64,000 nt of DNA from an uncultured Verrucomicrobiae bacterium. Lineage in GTDB: Bacteria > Verrucomicrobiota > Verrucomicrobiia > Chthoniobacterales > Terrimicrobiaceae. Both the position numbers and the translations under genes were made by a program. The DNA lies in assembly GCA_963706955.1 (NCBI GenBank), contig CAVPOC010000009.1:69339-133338 (forward strand). Direction: 5' to 3'. The notes under the pieces were generated by a model, which was not told the DNA's origin, did not search any database, and saw nothing but the letters and a program-made list of their open reading frames with translations. Shown here one piece after another: positions 1-10,932 of this stretch (the stretch's first letter is position 1; every line of letters starts with the position of its first letter).

Positions 1-1
1 C

Positions 2-280
2 TTCTGGCAGCGGGTAGGTTTTATTACGTTGCCGATGCTAAAACCAGTCACGGTGGCGGTGCTCATGCTCGGCACCATCTATACGGTGAAGGTGTTTGAC
101 ATCGTCTGGATCATGACTGGGGGTGGGCCAGCCAACGGAACGCACCTCTTGTCTACCTACGCGTACCAGGTGGGATTTTCGGTGCTCAACTTCGGCGAAG
201 CCGCAGCCATCGCCACCCTGCTGGTGCTGCTCGTGCTCTTGCTCAACCTCGTTCAATTTCTCCTCCAACGAGGAAGATGA
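2..280 (+). CDS. Carbohydrate ABC transporter permease, C-terminal part (5'-truncated by window edge)
   Basis: Open frame from base 2: ITLPMLKPVT...VFDIVWIMTGGGPANGTHLLSTYAYQVGF...GEAAAIA, typical MalF/UgpA-type permease C-terminus. Confidence 0.9.
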   Translation, partial: FWQRVGFITLPMLKPVTVAVLMLGTIYTVKVFDIVWIMTGGGPANGTHLLSTYAYQVGFSVLNFGEAAAIATLLVLLVLLLNLVQFLLQRGR

Positions 281-316
281 CTCTCTTTCTCAAAACATGT
301 ATCCTCAGTCAGCAAA

Positions 317-1565
317 ATGAAAACCAACACTACCCTCAGAAAACCCCAGTTCCGCCGTTTCGTGATGCTCGTCTCCGCTCTTGCCGCGTTCGCACTTGCC
401 AGGACCAACGCTCAAGTAACGGTCGAGATCATCCATTATTTCAACGTGGAGGGCCAGCTCGCCTCGCCTCAACGAAATGCAGAAAGAGTTCGAGGCGGCC
501 AACCCGGATATCAAACTGCGCTTCACCTTTGTGCCCTTTGGTGAGCTGGTCAGTCGAACCCTGCAAATGGCTGCCGTGCGCAAGCCACCGGCCATTTCCG
601 CGGTTGACAATCCCGACGTGCTGAGGGTCGCCAAGGCCGGTATTCTCAAAGATATCTCGGCCGACGTTGCCAAACTGAAAGTCTGGGAGGACATCTATGC
701 CGGACCAAAGGCTGCCGTGAGCGAGGGAAACAAGGTTTTTGGCATGCCGATCGGCAGCAACAGTCTTGCCCTTTATTACAACAAGAAGATGCTCACCGAC
801 GCGGGCGTGACCTCGCCGCCCAAGACCTGGGCCGAGCTTAACGAAACAGCAAAGAAGGCCACCAAAAGCCCGGTTTATGGCATTGCCTTCTCCGCTGTGA
901 ATGACGAGCAGGCCACCTGGCAATGGGAGCCATTCCTTTGGAGCAATGGCGGGAGTTTGACCGATCTTGGTTCGGAGAAGGCCACCGAGGCTCTCCAGCT
1001 TTGGGTGGATTGGGTGAAGAACGGCTTCGCTTCGAAGGATGTGGTCAATTGGAGCCAAGGCAACGTTCCGAACCAATTTCTGGGTGGTCGCGCGGCAACG
1101 ATGGTCATGGGACCGTGGCAGCTCGCCAATGTTGAGAAGAGCGGTGTCGATTTTGGCATCGTCACCATTCCAGTGCCCAAAGAGGGCGAAAAGCCGGTTG
1201 TCCCGCTCGGTGGAGAGGTCTGGTGCGTCCTCAAAGGAGACCCTAAAGTCGAAGAGGCTGCGATGAAATTCGTCGAATTCACCCAGGAGCCCGAACGTCT
1301 CCGCAAGATTTGCGATACCTTCAATTACATCTCCTCGATCAAGAGCGTCGCAAAACAGCAAGGTGAAGCTAAACCCGCAATTCAGCCCTTTGTTGACCAA
1401 ATGGAGACGGCACGCGCCAGGTCCCAGGACGGTGGAGCAAAATATCCCGAAATCTCATTGGCGACTCGCACCGCGATTCAGAAAGCGCTCACCGGGCAAG
1501 CCAGCGCCGCAGACGCGTTGAAGGAAGCGGCCGCGAAAATCAAGGAGGTCCTCGCCAAGAAGTAG
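317..1565 (+). CDS. Sugar ABC transporter substrate-binding protein (one frameshift near 465)
   Basis: Signal peptide in ORF 317..544 (MKTNTT...ALAAFALARTNA) continues after a 1-nt shift into ORF 477..1565 (EFEAANPDIK, LYYNKKML, PKTWAEL, MGPW). Confidence 0.88.
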
Positions 1566-1665
1566 AATCTCTTAGGGTCTAAGCGGAGGCGGACGCGAGC
1601 GTCCGGCTCTCTTGGAAGACAACGCCAGACAGAGCGCGGCTGCTTGGTCGCAAGGAGGTAAACAT

Positions 1666-3699
1666 ATGTTGCGTCGCGAGAACAACGCGTTGGTTCGCGA
1701 ATACGCCAGCGAAACGCTGGTGATTGAACCCTGGGGCAAGGATAGTCTCCGCGTCCGCAGTACCATGCGCCCATTCCTGGATGAGCAGGACTGGGCGCTC
1801 CTGCCTGCCGAGAGCTCCGAGGAGCCGAAAATCTCCATCGGAGCGGACGGCGGCGGATCGATCACCCACGGTCGAATCACTGCCCGCATTGACCCGCGAG
1901 GGCATGTCGGCTTCTTCAATCAACACGGGGAGCTCTTGCTGGAAGAGTTTATGCGCGTAAGGCTCGGTGACATGACCAGCGGCACAGGTCAGGTCGACCA
2001 AGCGGCCGTAAGCTATTTCAACAGCGCACTCACCATCTACCCACGCGAGTTCAAGCCGATTATTGGCGGAGACTACTCGCTGACAGCCCGCTTCGAATCA
2101 CGACCCGAGGAGAAGATTTTTGGAATGGGCCAATATCAACATGGGTTCCTCAACCAGAAAAATTGTGTGCTTGAGCTCGCCCAGCGCAATTCGCAGGCCT
2201 CGGTGCCCTTTGCTTTATCCAGTCTCGGATATGGATTCCTCTGGAACAATCCGGCGATTGGGAAGGTCACTTTTGGCAAGAACTGCACGGAATGGACGGC
2301 GCTTTCTACTAAACAACTCGACTATTGGGTCACCGTCGGAGACGAGCCCGCGGAGATCCTCGCCAACTATGCCGCGGTGACGGGCACGGTTCCGATAATG
2401 CCCGAGTACGGATTGGGTCTTTGGCAATGCAAGCTACGCTACCAAACGCAAGAGGAACTGCTCACGGTCGCTCGTGAGTATAAGCGCCGCGGATTGCCAA
2501 TCGATATAATCGTTGCCGATTTCTTCCATTGGCCGTTACAGGGCGAGTACAGATTCGATCCTGACTATTGGCCAGACCCGGCGGCAATGGTTGCGGAGCT
2601 CGAAAGCATGGGAATCAAGCTGATGGTTTCCATCTGGCCCACCATCGACCGGAATTCCTCCCCATTTGCGGAGATGCGCGAGAAAGGGCTGCTCGTCAGG
2701 ACCGAGCGAGGTGTGATCACCACGATGGAATTTCTGGGCGACACCGTCTTCTATGATCCCACCAATCCAAAAGCACGTGAGTACGTCTGGCAGCGCGTCA
2801 AGCGCAATTACTACGATGCGGGAGTCCGGATCTTTTGGCTCGATGAAGCGGAGCCGGAATACGCGGTCTATGACTTCGACCACTATCGTTATTACCTTGG
2901 CCCGAATCTTCAGGTCGGGAACATTTATCCGCTGAAATATGCGCAAGGGTTCTACGAGGGTATGGCGGGCGAAGGGCAAGAGAATATCGTCAATCTTCTC
3001 CGCTGCGCTTGGGCAGGCAGTCAACGCTATGGTGCGCTCGTTTGGTCGGGGGATATCGACTCAAGCTTCGAATCTTTGCGTAACCAACTCGCCGCTGGCC
3101 TGAATATGGGCCTCGCGGGCATCCCATGGTGGACGACTGATATCGGAGGATTTCATGGCGGAGTGAATAGCGACCCCACCTTTCGTGAATGCCTGGTCCG
3201 ATGGTTTCAGTTTGCAACTTTTTCGCCAGTTCTTCGGATGCATGGTGATCGGGAACCGCATGGCAAGCCACTCTCAGACCGGGGCGGGGGCAAATGCGTC
3301 AGCGGGGCACCCAACGAGCTCTGGAGCTTCGGTGAGGAAGTCTACGGCATCTTGGAGAAATACCTCCGGCTCCGCGAACGAATGCGCCCTTATGTACGGG
3401 AGTTGATGACTGCCGCCCATCAGCGCGGCTCTCCGATAATTCGGCCGCTGTTCTATGACTTCCCGGCGGACCGCGAGGCTTGGGGGATCGAAAATTCCTA
3501 CATGTTTGGCCCGGATATTCTGGTGGCACCTATCTTGTTTGAGGGGGAGCGCGCCCGCGATGTTTATCTCCCTGCTGGAGCGCGTTGGGTCAGCCATGGC
3601 AGCGGACAAGTGCATGATGGCGGCCAGATTCTCAATGAGCCTGCTCCCCTCGACCATCTACCCGTCTTTTTCCGCGAGGACGGATCATTTCGATTGTAA
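1666..3699 (+). CDS. Glycoside hydrolase family 31 (alpha-xylosidase/alpha-glucosidase-like)
   Basis: AGGAGG RBS before ATG 1666; FWLDEAEPE nucleophile region, WSGDI, WTTDIGGF, RWFQF motifs. Confidence 0.92.
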   Translation: MLRRENNALVREYASETLVIEPWGKDSLRVRSTMRPFLDEQDWALLPAESSEEPKISIGADGGGSITHGRITARIDPRGHVGFFNQHGELLLEEFMRVRLGDMTSGTGQVDQAAVSYFNSALTIYPREFKPIIGGDYSLTARFESRPEEKIFGMGQYQHGFLNQKNCVLELAQRNSQASVPFALSSLGYGFLWNNPAIGKVTFGKNCTEWTALSTKQLDYWVTVGDEPAEILANYAAVTGTVPIMPEYGLGLWQCKLRYQTQEELLTVAREYKRRGLPIDIIVADFFHWPLQGEYRFDPDYWPDPAAMVAELESMGIKLMVSIWPTIDRNSSPFAEMREKGLLVRTERGVITTMEFLGDTVFYDPTNPKAREYVWQRVKRNYYDAGVRIFWLDEAEPEYAVYDFDHYRYYLGPNLQVGNIYPLKYAQGFYEGMAGEGQENIVNLLRCAWAGSQRYGALVWSGDIDSSFESLRNQLAAGLNMGLAGIPWWTTDIGGFHGGVNSDPTFRECLVRWFQFATFSPVLRMHGDREPHGKPLSDRGGGKCVSGAPNELWSFGEEVYGILEKYLRLRERMRPYVRELMTAAHQRGSPIIRPLFYDFPADREAWGIENSYMFGPDILVAPILFEGERARDVYLPAGARWVSHGSGQVHDGGQILNEPAPLDHLPVFFREDGSFRL

Positions 3700-3724
3700 A
3701 ATTGGCGCCTGAGGGAATCAAACT

Positions 3725-4582
3725 ATGATTGCGAGAGAGCTCTTCGGACGAACGGGACACGAGAGCACACGAGCTATTTTTGGAGGGGCCGCCTTGTCTG
3801 AAGTGACGCAGGAAGAAGCCGATCGAGTGCTCGAAGTGTTGTTGCATTATGGCGTCAACCACATCGATGTCGCCGCGAGCTATGGTGATGCAGAATTGCG
3901 GATTGCTCCCTGGCTGCGAAGGTATCCAAAGCAATTCTTCGTCGCGACCAAAACTGATGGCCGCACGTATGAGGACGCCAAGCGGGATATTCATCGTTCT
4001 CTAAGCCGTCTGGGCCGTGAACAGATTGACTTGATACAGCTCCACAATCTTGTGGACCCGATCGATTGGGATACCGCCTTAAGTCCGAAAGGCGCGCTGG
4101 AGGCTTGTCTCGAAGCGCGTGAGCAAGGTTTAGTCCGCTTTATTGGTGTCACCGGGCACGGGAGTCAAGTCGCCGCGACGCATCTTCGCAGTCTCGAACG
4201 ATTCGACTTCGACACTGTCATGCTCCCCTACAATTACCTCATGATGGAAGAGCCGCACTATGCGGCGATGTTCAATCGCGTGGTTGCCGTGTGTGAAGAG
4301 CGAAACGTCGTGGTGCAGACGATCAAGGCAATTGCCCGTCGGCCGTGGTGGGGCCGCGATCACACCTGCGCCACCTGGTATGAGCCGTTCAAGGAGCAGC
4401 GTGATATCGACGCCGCGGTGCATTGGGTCATGGCACGTGCCGGAATCTTCTTGATGACTGCAGGGGACATTCACCTCGCTGCAAAGGTTTTCGATGCCAC
4501 TGATCGCTTCACGACGACCCCGGGCGATGAAACGCTCGGGGAGCTCACTTCCCGTTTGGAGGCGATTCCGCTCTTCGCTTAG
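3725..4582 (+). CDS. Aldo/keto reductase
   Basis: [41 protein letters not shown]. Confidence 0.9.
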   Translation: MIARELFGRTGHESTRAIFGGAALSEVTQEEADRVLEVLLHYGVNHIDVAASYGDAELRIAPWLRRYPKQFFVATKTDGRTYEDAKRDIHRSLSRLGREQIDLIQLHNLVDPIDWDTALSPKGALEACLEAREQGLVRFIGVTGHGSQVAATHLRSLERFDFDTVMLPYNYLMMEEPHYAAMFNRVVAVCEERNVVVQTIKAIARRPWWGRDHTCATWYEPFKEQRDIDAAVHWVMARAGIFLMTAGDIHLAAKVFDATDRFTTTPGDETLGELTSRLEAIPLFA

Positions 4583-4624
4583 CAATTTGCTTTCAGCTCG
4601 TCATCCAGTGCTTGACTATTCCGC

Positions 4625-6949
4625 ATGAAATTCACGGATGGCCAATGGCTGCTTCGGCCGGGCGTGACGGCACATTACGCCACCGAAGTCCGCTCGATTA
4701 CTTCTGAAGATGGCCAGTTAGTTATCGAAGCTCCCGTTCGCGCGATCAGAGACCGCGGCGACACTCTCCAGGGACCGCTTTTAACGGTCACGCTCAGTTC
4801 GCCGATGCGCGATGTCATCCGAGTTCGAATTGAACATTTTGCCGGCGGCCTGTCCCGTGGTCCCCAGATTCCCATTTTTCCCCGCGGAAATGTGAGTCCG
4901 GAAATCATAGAAAGCGCAGACTTCGCCATCATCAAGAGCGGGGAATTGGCGGCGCGGATCAAAAAGAAGACGTGGGCGCTCACTTTCGAGGCAGGTGGCC
5001 GCGTCCTGACGACGAGCGGCTGGCGGGCGATTGCCTACATGCAAACAGCGAACTGGGGCAATCATGTAGTCGAGCAACTCTCTCTCGGCGTCGGCGAGTA
5101 CGTTTACGGTCTGGGCGAGCGCTTCACCGCTTTCGTGAAAAATGGCCAGGTGGTCGAGATTGTGAACAAGGACGGCGGCACCGCCAGCGAACAAGCCTAC
5201 AAGAATGTCCCGTTTTACCTCACCAATCGTGGATATGGCGTGCTCGTCAACGACACCGGCCCAATCTCGTTTGAGATTGCCTCCGAAAAGGTGGCTCGAA
5301 TCCAGTTCTCTCTCCAAGGCGAGAGTCTTGAATACTTCATCATTTACGGGCCGACGCCCAAAGAGGTTCTCCGAAAGCTAACCGCCCTCACCGGAGAGCC
5401 CGGCCTGCCGCCGCCGTGGTCGTTCGGCTTGTGGCTCTCGACGTCGTTTACGACCAATTACGATGAAGCCACCGTCACGAGCTTTATTGATGAGATGAAG
5501 CGACGCGACCTGCCACTGCACGTCTTTCACTTCGACTGCTTTTGGATGCGCGAATTTCAGTGGGTCGACTTCGAGTGGGATCCGCTCGTATTTCCTGATC
5601 CGCTCGGAATGCTACGGCGCCTTCACGACCGCGGACTGTAGGTCTGCGTGTGGATCAATCCCTACATTGCGCAACGCTCGCGACTCTTTGCCGAAGCCGC
5701 GGATCATGGCTATTTGATCAAACGCACCGATGGTTCCGTCTGGCAGACGGACCTTTGGCAGCCCGGCATGGGAATCGTCGATTTCAGCAACCCGGCGGCA
5801 CGCGACTGGTTCGGCGCGCACATTATCCGCCTCCTCGATATGGGCGTCGATGCTATCAAGACAGATTTTGGCGAACGGATTCCCGTCGAGGACGTCGCAT
5901 TTCACGACGGTTCGGATCCGGTGAAGATGCATAACTTCTATACGATTATTTATAACGAGACCGTTTTCCGAGCGATTGAATCAAGACGCGGTCGAGGGGA
6001 AGCTGTTCTCTTTGCGCGCTCTTCATATGCTTCGGGTCAGCGATTTCCGGTGCACTGGGGCGGCGACTGCTGGTCAACCTTTGAGTCAATGGCTGAGTCG
6101 CTGCGGGGCGGGCTGTCTCTCTCGTTGAGCGGCTTTGGCTTTTGGAGTCACGACATCGGAGGCTTCGAAGGCACCTCGCCAGCTTCCATTTATAAGCGCT
6201 GGACCGCCTTTGGACTCCTTTCCTCGCATAGCCGTCTCCACGGCAGCGGGAGCTATCGCATTCCCTGGGCTTACGATGAGGAAGCTTGCGACATTCTCCG
6301 GCTGTTCACGAAATTGAAATGCCGGTTGATGCCATACCTTTGGCAAGCCGCACTCGAAGCGCACCGCGAAGGCGTGCCAATGATGCGCGCCATGCTCCTC
6401 GAGTTTCCAGAGGATCCGGCCTGTGAGACGCTCGACCGACAGTACCTGCTCGGCGGATCACTCCTGGTGGCTCCAATCTTCACGGAGAATGGTTTCGTTG
6501 ACTACTACTTGCCCGCCGGTCGCTGGACCAACTTCTTGACCGGCAAAGTCCAGGAGGGCCCTGGCTGGCGTCGTGAACAACACGGCTTTCTTAGTCTCCC
6601 GCTGATGGTGCGTCCGAATACCATAATCGCTCTGGGCGCCGTGGATCACCGGCCGGACTACGACTACGCGGAGAATGTCACGTTTCGCGTCTTTGAGCTC
6701 TCCGACAGCAGTGAGGCCGGCTGCCGGTTATCGAGTCCCAGCCGGACGGAAGCCGACCAATTGATCGTGCGGCGTACGGGCAACCGCGTCACGGCCACTC
6801 TTTCCCGAGAGGGTTCCAGCGCTTGGCGCCTGCAACTCGCCGGAATCTCAAAGGTCCGAACCATAGGAGACCTTCAAGCGGTCGCAGACCCGTTCGGGAT
6901 TATCATCCAGCCTTCATCCGGAGTGAAGCAGGTCGAGTTCGAAATTTAG
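4625..6949 (+). pseudogene. yicI: Alpha-xylosidase YicI (GH31) interrupted by an in-frame TAG at 5639-5641
   Basis: MKFTDGQWL start, YGLGERF, WLSTSFTTNYDE, FHFDCFWM, KTDFGERIP, HWGGDC; the two ORFs are in the same frame and separated only by TAG. Confidence 0.88.
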
Positions 6950-6960
6950 CCAGAACTTGC

Positions 6961-6985
6961 AGAGACGCTTGTGCCAAGCGCCTCT
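6961..6985. repeat. Palindromic hairpin between convergent genes (REP-like or bidirectional terminator)
   Basis: AGAGACGCTTG-TGC-CAAGCGCCTCT, 11-bp stem with one mismatch. Confidence 0.5.
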
Positions 6986-6999
6986 GGGTCTGCGCACGC

Positions 7000-8022
7000 T
7001 CAGTCGCGGCTCAATTCACACGAGTGAGCGGCGAAGCCAGCACCGAACGACGTAAGCCAAAGCAATTTGTCGCCGTTGCATTTGGCAAGGCGTTCTTCCA
7101 ACGCACAAAGGACCGATGGGCTGCTTAAATTCCCATACTTGCGGAATGCTTCCCGAGTTTCCGCGAGCCCGTAGCCCGGCAAACGTTCCTCAATTGCTTC
7201 AATGACGTCTCGACCACCAGCGTGGGCGATAATTTGATCGGGTTTTGCATTGCACAAAGCGAAGAGGTCCCTCACCGCTTCCGCCGCCACTTCGGGGACC
7301 GCGCGATGAAGTTGGTTCTTGAGTCGACCGCCTGCGTTGACAAAGCGGATCTTTTCGCGGTCTTCGGGCCGATGGAGCGAACGAAAGTTGGAAGCTCTCC
7401 AATGACGATTGGAGGAAGAGCTCCGCCAGAGCGCCGCCGAGGCGCCATCGCCGAACAAGCAGGCACTCACGATTACGCCGGTATCGTTATCCAAATAGAA
7501 AGCCGCCGAGCATATTTCGACCGCTACCGTCGCGACGGTGGCATTCGGGTGCGCCGCAAGAAAGCACGAAGCAGCGTGCATCGTCGGTATAGCCGCGCCA
7601 CAACCCAGGCCGGTTAAGTCGCTGAGAAACGCGTCGGGCCGAAGCCCAATTTGCTCCGCCAGGTGGCTGGAAACCCCTGGACACAAGTACGCCGTGCAGG
7701 TGCACACGAATACAGCATCGATGGTGCGAACGTTGACTTTCGCCTGATCGCAGGCGCCTTGAAGGGCTTTGGCAGCTAACGGAGGCGCCAACTGCTCGAA
7801 TGCTTTGTTCAGTGCTTCAGCATCCGCTGAGAACAACTTCTCGGTCGGAACCGCAAAATGCCGGGTGTCAATCCCGGAGGAACCGGAAAGCACTGTCTCC
7901 AGGATTTTCGCCGAACGTCGGCTCAACTGGGCGAGGAAAGGACTTGCCTTGGCGATCTTCCAGCATTCGCGTTGGGTGTATCGCGCTTCGGGAAAGGCGC
8001 TGGCAAGCGACTGAAGGTACAT
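7000..8022 (-). CDS. Type III polyketide synthase (chalcone/stilbene synthase family)
   Basis: Cys-His-Asn triad: GLGCGAA, IIAHAGGRDV, YGNLSSPSV; also VEICS, LFGDGA, SFGAGF. Confidence 0.93.
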   Translation of the reverse strand: MYLQSLASAFPEARYTQRECWKIAKASPFLAQLSRRSAKILETVLSGSSGIDTRHFAVPTEKLFSADAEALNKAFEQLAPPLAAKALQGACDQAKVNVRTIDAVFVCTCTAYLCPGVSSHLAEQIGLRPDAFLSDLTGLGCGAAIPTMHAASCFLAAHPNATVATVAVEICSAAFYLDNDTGVIVSACLFGDGASAALWRSSSSNRHWRASNFRSLHRPEDREKIRFVNAGGRLKNQLHRAVPEVAAEAVRDLFALCNAKPDQIIAHAGGRDVIEAIEERLPGYGLAETREAFRKYGNLSSPSVLCALEERLAKCNGDKLLWLTSFGAGFAAHSCELSRD

Positions 8023-8025
8023 TGG

Positions 8026-9042
8026 TCAACGCACCGCGTGAAGGCAGGCTTTAAACGGGAGAAGGCCGGAGCGCGACACTAAGGTGAAGAACGCCTGTCC
8101 GGCCGCCGTCGTCAAGAATGGATGCATCATGCGGGCCCAGAACATGCGCCGGGCGAACCGCTCGGCAAGCCTGTTCTGAATTTGACTCAGCGCGTGTTCC
8201 CATGTTTCGCGCCCGCGTTGCCAGCTTCGGAGTGGCTCGAGCGCAATGGCGGCCGACTCGAACGCCATCGACATGCCGTTGCCGGTAAACGGAGGAATCA
8301 TTCCCCAGGCATCGCCCAAAGTGAGGATCGCATCGCTTTTCGTCGGTGGTCTGCCCAAAGAAAAGCCGGCGACCCCGAGAAAGGAACCTTCATCCACCTT
8401 TGCGGAAAAAATGCGGCCAGCGATGCCTTCAAGTCCACCGGCATGCAGATAGCGCTCCAGCGTCTGTGTCCCCTTGCCGGCGAGCTTTGGCTGACAGCGG
8501 AAAAGACCACAAACATTGACCTTGCCGTCTGCGATCTTGGCCAAGCCGATATACCCGTTTGCGGCAAGATGCATTTCCAGATCCGCGCTGAGATCAAGGC
8601 CTGAGACGTGACACTTGAGCCCAATCCAACGGCCCTTCATTGGTTTGCGCCCCCCGCACCATACGATCCCGGCGCCTGATTTCTCTTTTATTCGAGAGCC
8701 TTCCTTGAGAGTTCCGCCGAGTTCGCGAAACCTGACCGCAAGCCTCTCGTCTAGCGCGTAGCGCGAGATGCCTACTGCGGAAGGCAACTGAGTCCTGCAA
8801 ACCTGCCGTTCACGAAAATACCATGCGCTCGTAAAGTGCCTTTTTGCGTCCTGGACGAGGTCGGCAATGCCCAGTGTCTCCAAGACGGCTGGTGATACCC
8901 CGCTGATGAACTCTCCACAGACTCGATGTCGGGGATAAATTCCAGCTTCATGCAACACGGCTGAAGCGCCGGTCTGGCGGAGGGCAATGCCGAGCGAGAG
9001 TCCCGCCAATCCACCACCGCCGATGTTGACTAGCCTTTCCAT
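8026..9042 (-). CDS. FAD-dependent oxidoreductase (geranylgeranyl reductase/halogenase-like flavoprotein fold)
   Basis: Start MERLVNIGGGGLAG (Rossmann motif), PRHRVCGEFIS, GDAWGMIPPFTGNGMSMA. Confidence 0.88.
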   Translation of the reverse strand: MERLVNIGGGGLAGLSLGIALRQTGASAVLHEAGIYPRHRVCGEFISGVSPAVLETLGIADLVQDAKRHFTSAWYFRERQVCRTQLPSAVGISRYALDERLAVRFRELGGTLKEGSRIKEKSGAGIVWCGGRKPMKGRWIGLKCHVSGLDLSADLEMHLAANGYIGLAKIADGKVNVCGLFRCQPKLAGKGTQTLERYLHAGGLEGIAGRIFSAKVDEGSFLGVAGFSLGRPPTKSDAILTLGDAWGMIPPFTGNGMSMAFESAAIALEPLRSWQRGRETWEHALSQIQNRLAERFARRMFWARMMHPFLTTAAGQAFFTLVSRSGLLPFKACLHAVR

Positions 9043-9683
9043 GCTATTAAACGCAACGAACCTCGCCAGTCGGTGGATTCCCGGATCTTCCAATTTTTCA
9101 AGCCGAGGGCTCGCGGGAGTTCGCCCGGCACAAAGCCTGCGTCGATACTGGCGTGCAGATCGTGACGCGTGACATCGCCGCAAAGAGGTCGAATCAGCAG
9201 ACCCAGCAGATGCGGGAATCGAGCCCGCCAAGGCTCGCAAAAACAGAGCACCCGGTAGCGAGATGCAATCTCGCCAATCCTGGCAAGACTGTCGTCCCGA
9301 AAATGATGCAAGATCATTCCGCCGTAGATGCACTGGCCCTCGCAGTGTGGAAGATTGTCCAGGAGATCTCCCTGCCACCAGGCGATCTCCTTCGGCAAGT
9401 CGCGCGGTCGCGGTGCAAAGTCCAAGGCCGTGATGCTGGCAGCGGGAAACCAGCCGACAACCCGGCGGCAGAGGCGCCCGTCGCCGGCGCCAAGTTCAAC
9501 CAAGCGCAGCGTTTTCGAGAAAGCGGATTCCCTCATCACGTAGCCCAACGCCTGGCGGATCCAACGAACATTCCCCATCAGGGCATTGATCGTGCGAAGG
9601 TCGCGCCGAGCGCGTTCGGCGCGGGCATCACTTGACGGTAAGTGGTCGAGGATTTCCCGGGTAATTAGTCTGTCTATTGCCAT
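9030..9683 (-). CDS. Class I SAM-dependent methyltransferase
   Basis: EILDHLP...DLRTINALMG, VELGAGDG motif I, ILHHF; overlaps the oxidoreductase start. Confidence 0.85.
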   Translation of the reverse strand: MAIDRLITREILDHLPSSDARAERARRDLRTINALMGNVRWIRQALGYVMRESAFSKTLRLVELGAGDGRLCRRVVGWFPAASITALDFAPRPRDLPKEIAWWQGDLLDNLPHCEGQCIYGGMILHHFRDDSLARIGEIASRYRVLCFCEPWRARFPHLLGLLIRPLCGDVTRHDLHASIDAGFVPGELPRALGLKNWKIRESTDWRGSLRLIAWKG

Positions 9684-9719
9684 ATCTTGACGCTGCACAT
9701 AAGATGAAGAACTGCGGGC

Positions 9720-10904
9720 ATGAGCGTCAATCACCAGCGAATCATTTATCTCGATAACAATGCGACCACGCAGGTCGACCCGGCGGTCTTCGAAGCAATG
9801 ATGCCATGGTTGCGCGAGGAATATGGCAATCCTTCCAGCGCATATTCATTGGGAAAACGCGCCGCCGCTGCACTCGACACGGCCAGGGAGCAGGTGGCCT
9901 CCCTTATCCATGGAGCGCCCGACGAGCTGGTCTTTACAAGTTGTGGCTCCGAATCGATCAACTCCGCCATCCTTTCGGCAGCCTCGATTGATCCCGACAA
10001 AACGCATATTATCACGAGCGCCGTCGAGCATAGCGCAACAATCAAACTCTGCGAGCATCTGGCAAGACGTGGCTATGAAATTACCTGGTTGCCGGTAGAC
10101 GAGCTTGGACGCCTTGACATCGAGCGGCTGGAATCGGCGATACGGCCGGACACGGCTTTGGTAACGCTGCTCTGGGCAAACAATGAGACCGGTGTCTTGT
10201 TTCCGATCGAAGAAGTAGCCCGGCTCACGAAAGCACGGAAAGTTGCCTTGCACATAGATGCGGTGCAGGGAGTCGGCAAGCTCGCGCTTAACGTCGGAGA
10301 GCTCGGAGTGCAATTCCTATCCGTCTCCGGACACAAACTCCATTGTCCGAAAGGTGTCGGTGCCCTTTACATCCACAAACGAACGCGCTTCACACCGTGG
10401 CTTCGCGGCAGCCAGGAAAGCGCACGCCGCGGAGGAACGCAAAATGTTTCGTCGATCGTTGCCTTGGGAAAAGCCGCCGAAATCGCCGGGGCCCAGCTCA
10501 GCGCGGACCCGGGCAGGACCAAAAGGCTGCGGGATCGCTTTGAGGAGTCGATCCTGAAGTCTGTCGCTGGCGCGGAGGTAAATGGAGAACGTGAACATCG
10601 ATTACCGAATACAACGAATATCGCGTTTGAGGGCATCGAGAGCGAAGGCGCGCTCATGCTCCTCGATGAGCGCGGAATTTGCTGCTCCGCAGGTTCCGCC
10701 TGTACCAGCGGATCGGTGCACCCTTCCCACGTCTTGAAAGCGATGGGATTTTCAAATTATCGTGCGCGCAGCAGTCTTCGCTTCTCTTTCGGGCGATTTA
10801 GTACGGAGGAAGAGGTCGACATCGCCAGCGCCGCCGTCCCCGAGGTTATTGACAAACTGCGACGGCTTGCCCCCGCTCAAGGCCCCGTTATCATGGCCGC
10901 GTGA
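9720..10904 (+). CDS. nifS: Cysteine desulfurase (NifS/IscS family)
   Basis: IYLDNNATT, GNPSS, ANNETG, SGHKLHCPKGVG (PLP Lys), SAGSACTSGS (catalytic Cys). Confidence 0.93.
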   Translation: MSVNHQRIIYLDNNATTQVDPAVFEAMMPWLREEYGNPSSAYSLGKRAAAALDTAREQVASLIHGAPDELVFTSCGSESINSAILSAASIDPDKTHIITSAVEHSATIKLCEHLARRGYEITWLPVDELGRLDIERLESAIRPDTALVTLLWANNETGVLFPIEEVARLTKARKVALHIDAVQGVGKLALNVGELGVQFLSVSGHKLHCPKGVGALYIHKRTRFTPWLRGSQESARRGGTQNVSSIVALGKAAEIAGAQLSADPGRTKRLRDRFEESILKSVAGAEVNGEREHRLPNTTNIAFEGIESEGALMLLDERGICCSAGSACTSGSVHPSHVLKAMGFSNYRARSSLRFSFGRFSTEEEVDIASAAVPEVIDKLRRLAPAQGPVIMAA

Positions 10905-10932
10905 CCTGCGGCGTTCGTAGCAACGCCGGCGA

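Noticed and set aside
5639..5641. Genome-wide amber recoding (pyrrolysine or alternative code)
   Set aside because: TAG ends several clearly complete genes here (1565, 4582, 6949), and only one internal TAG is seen
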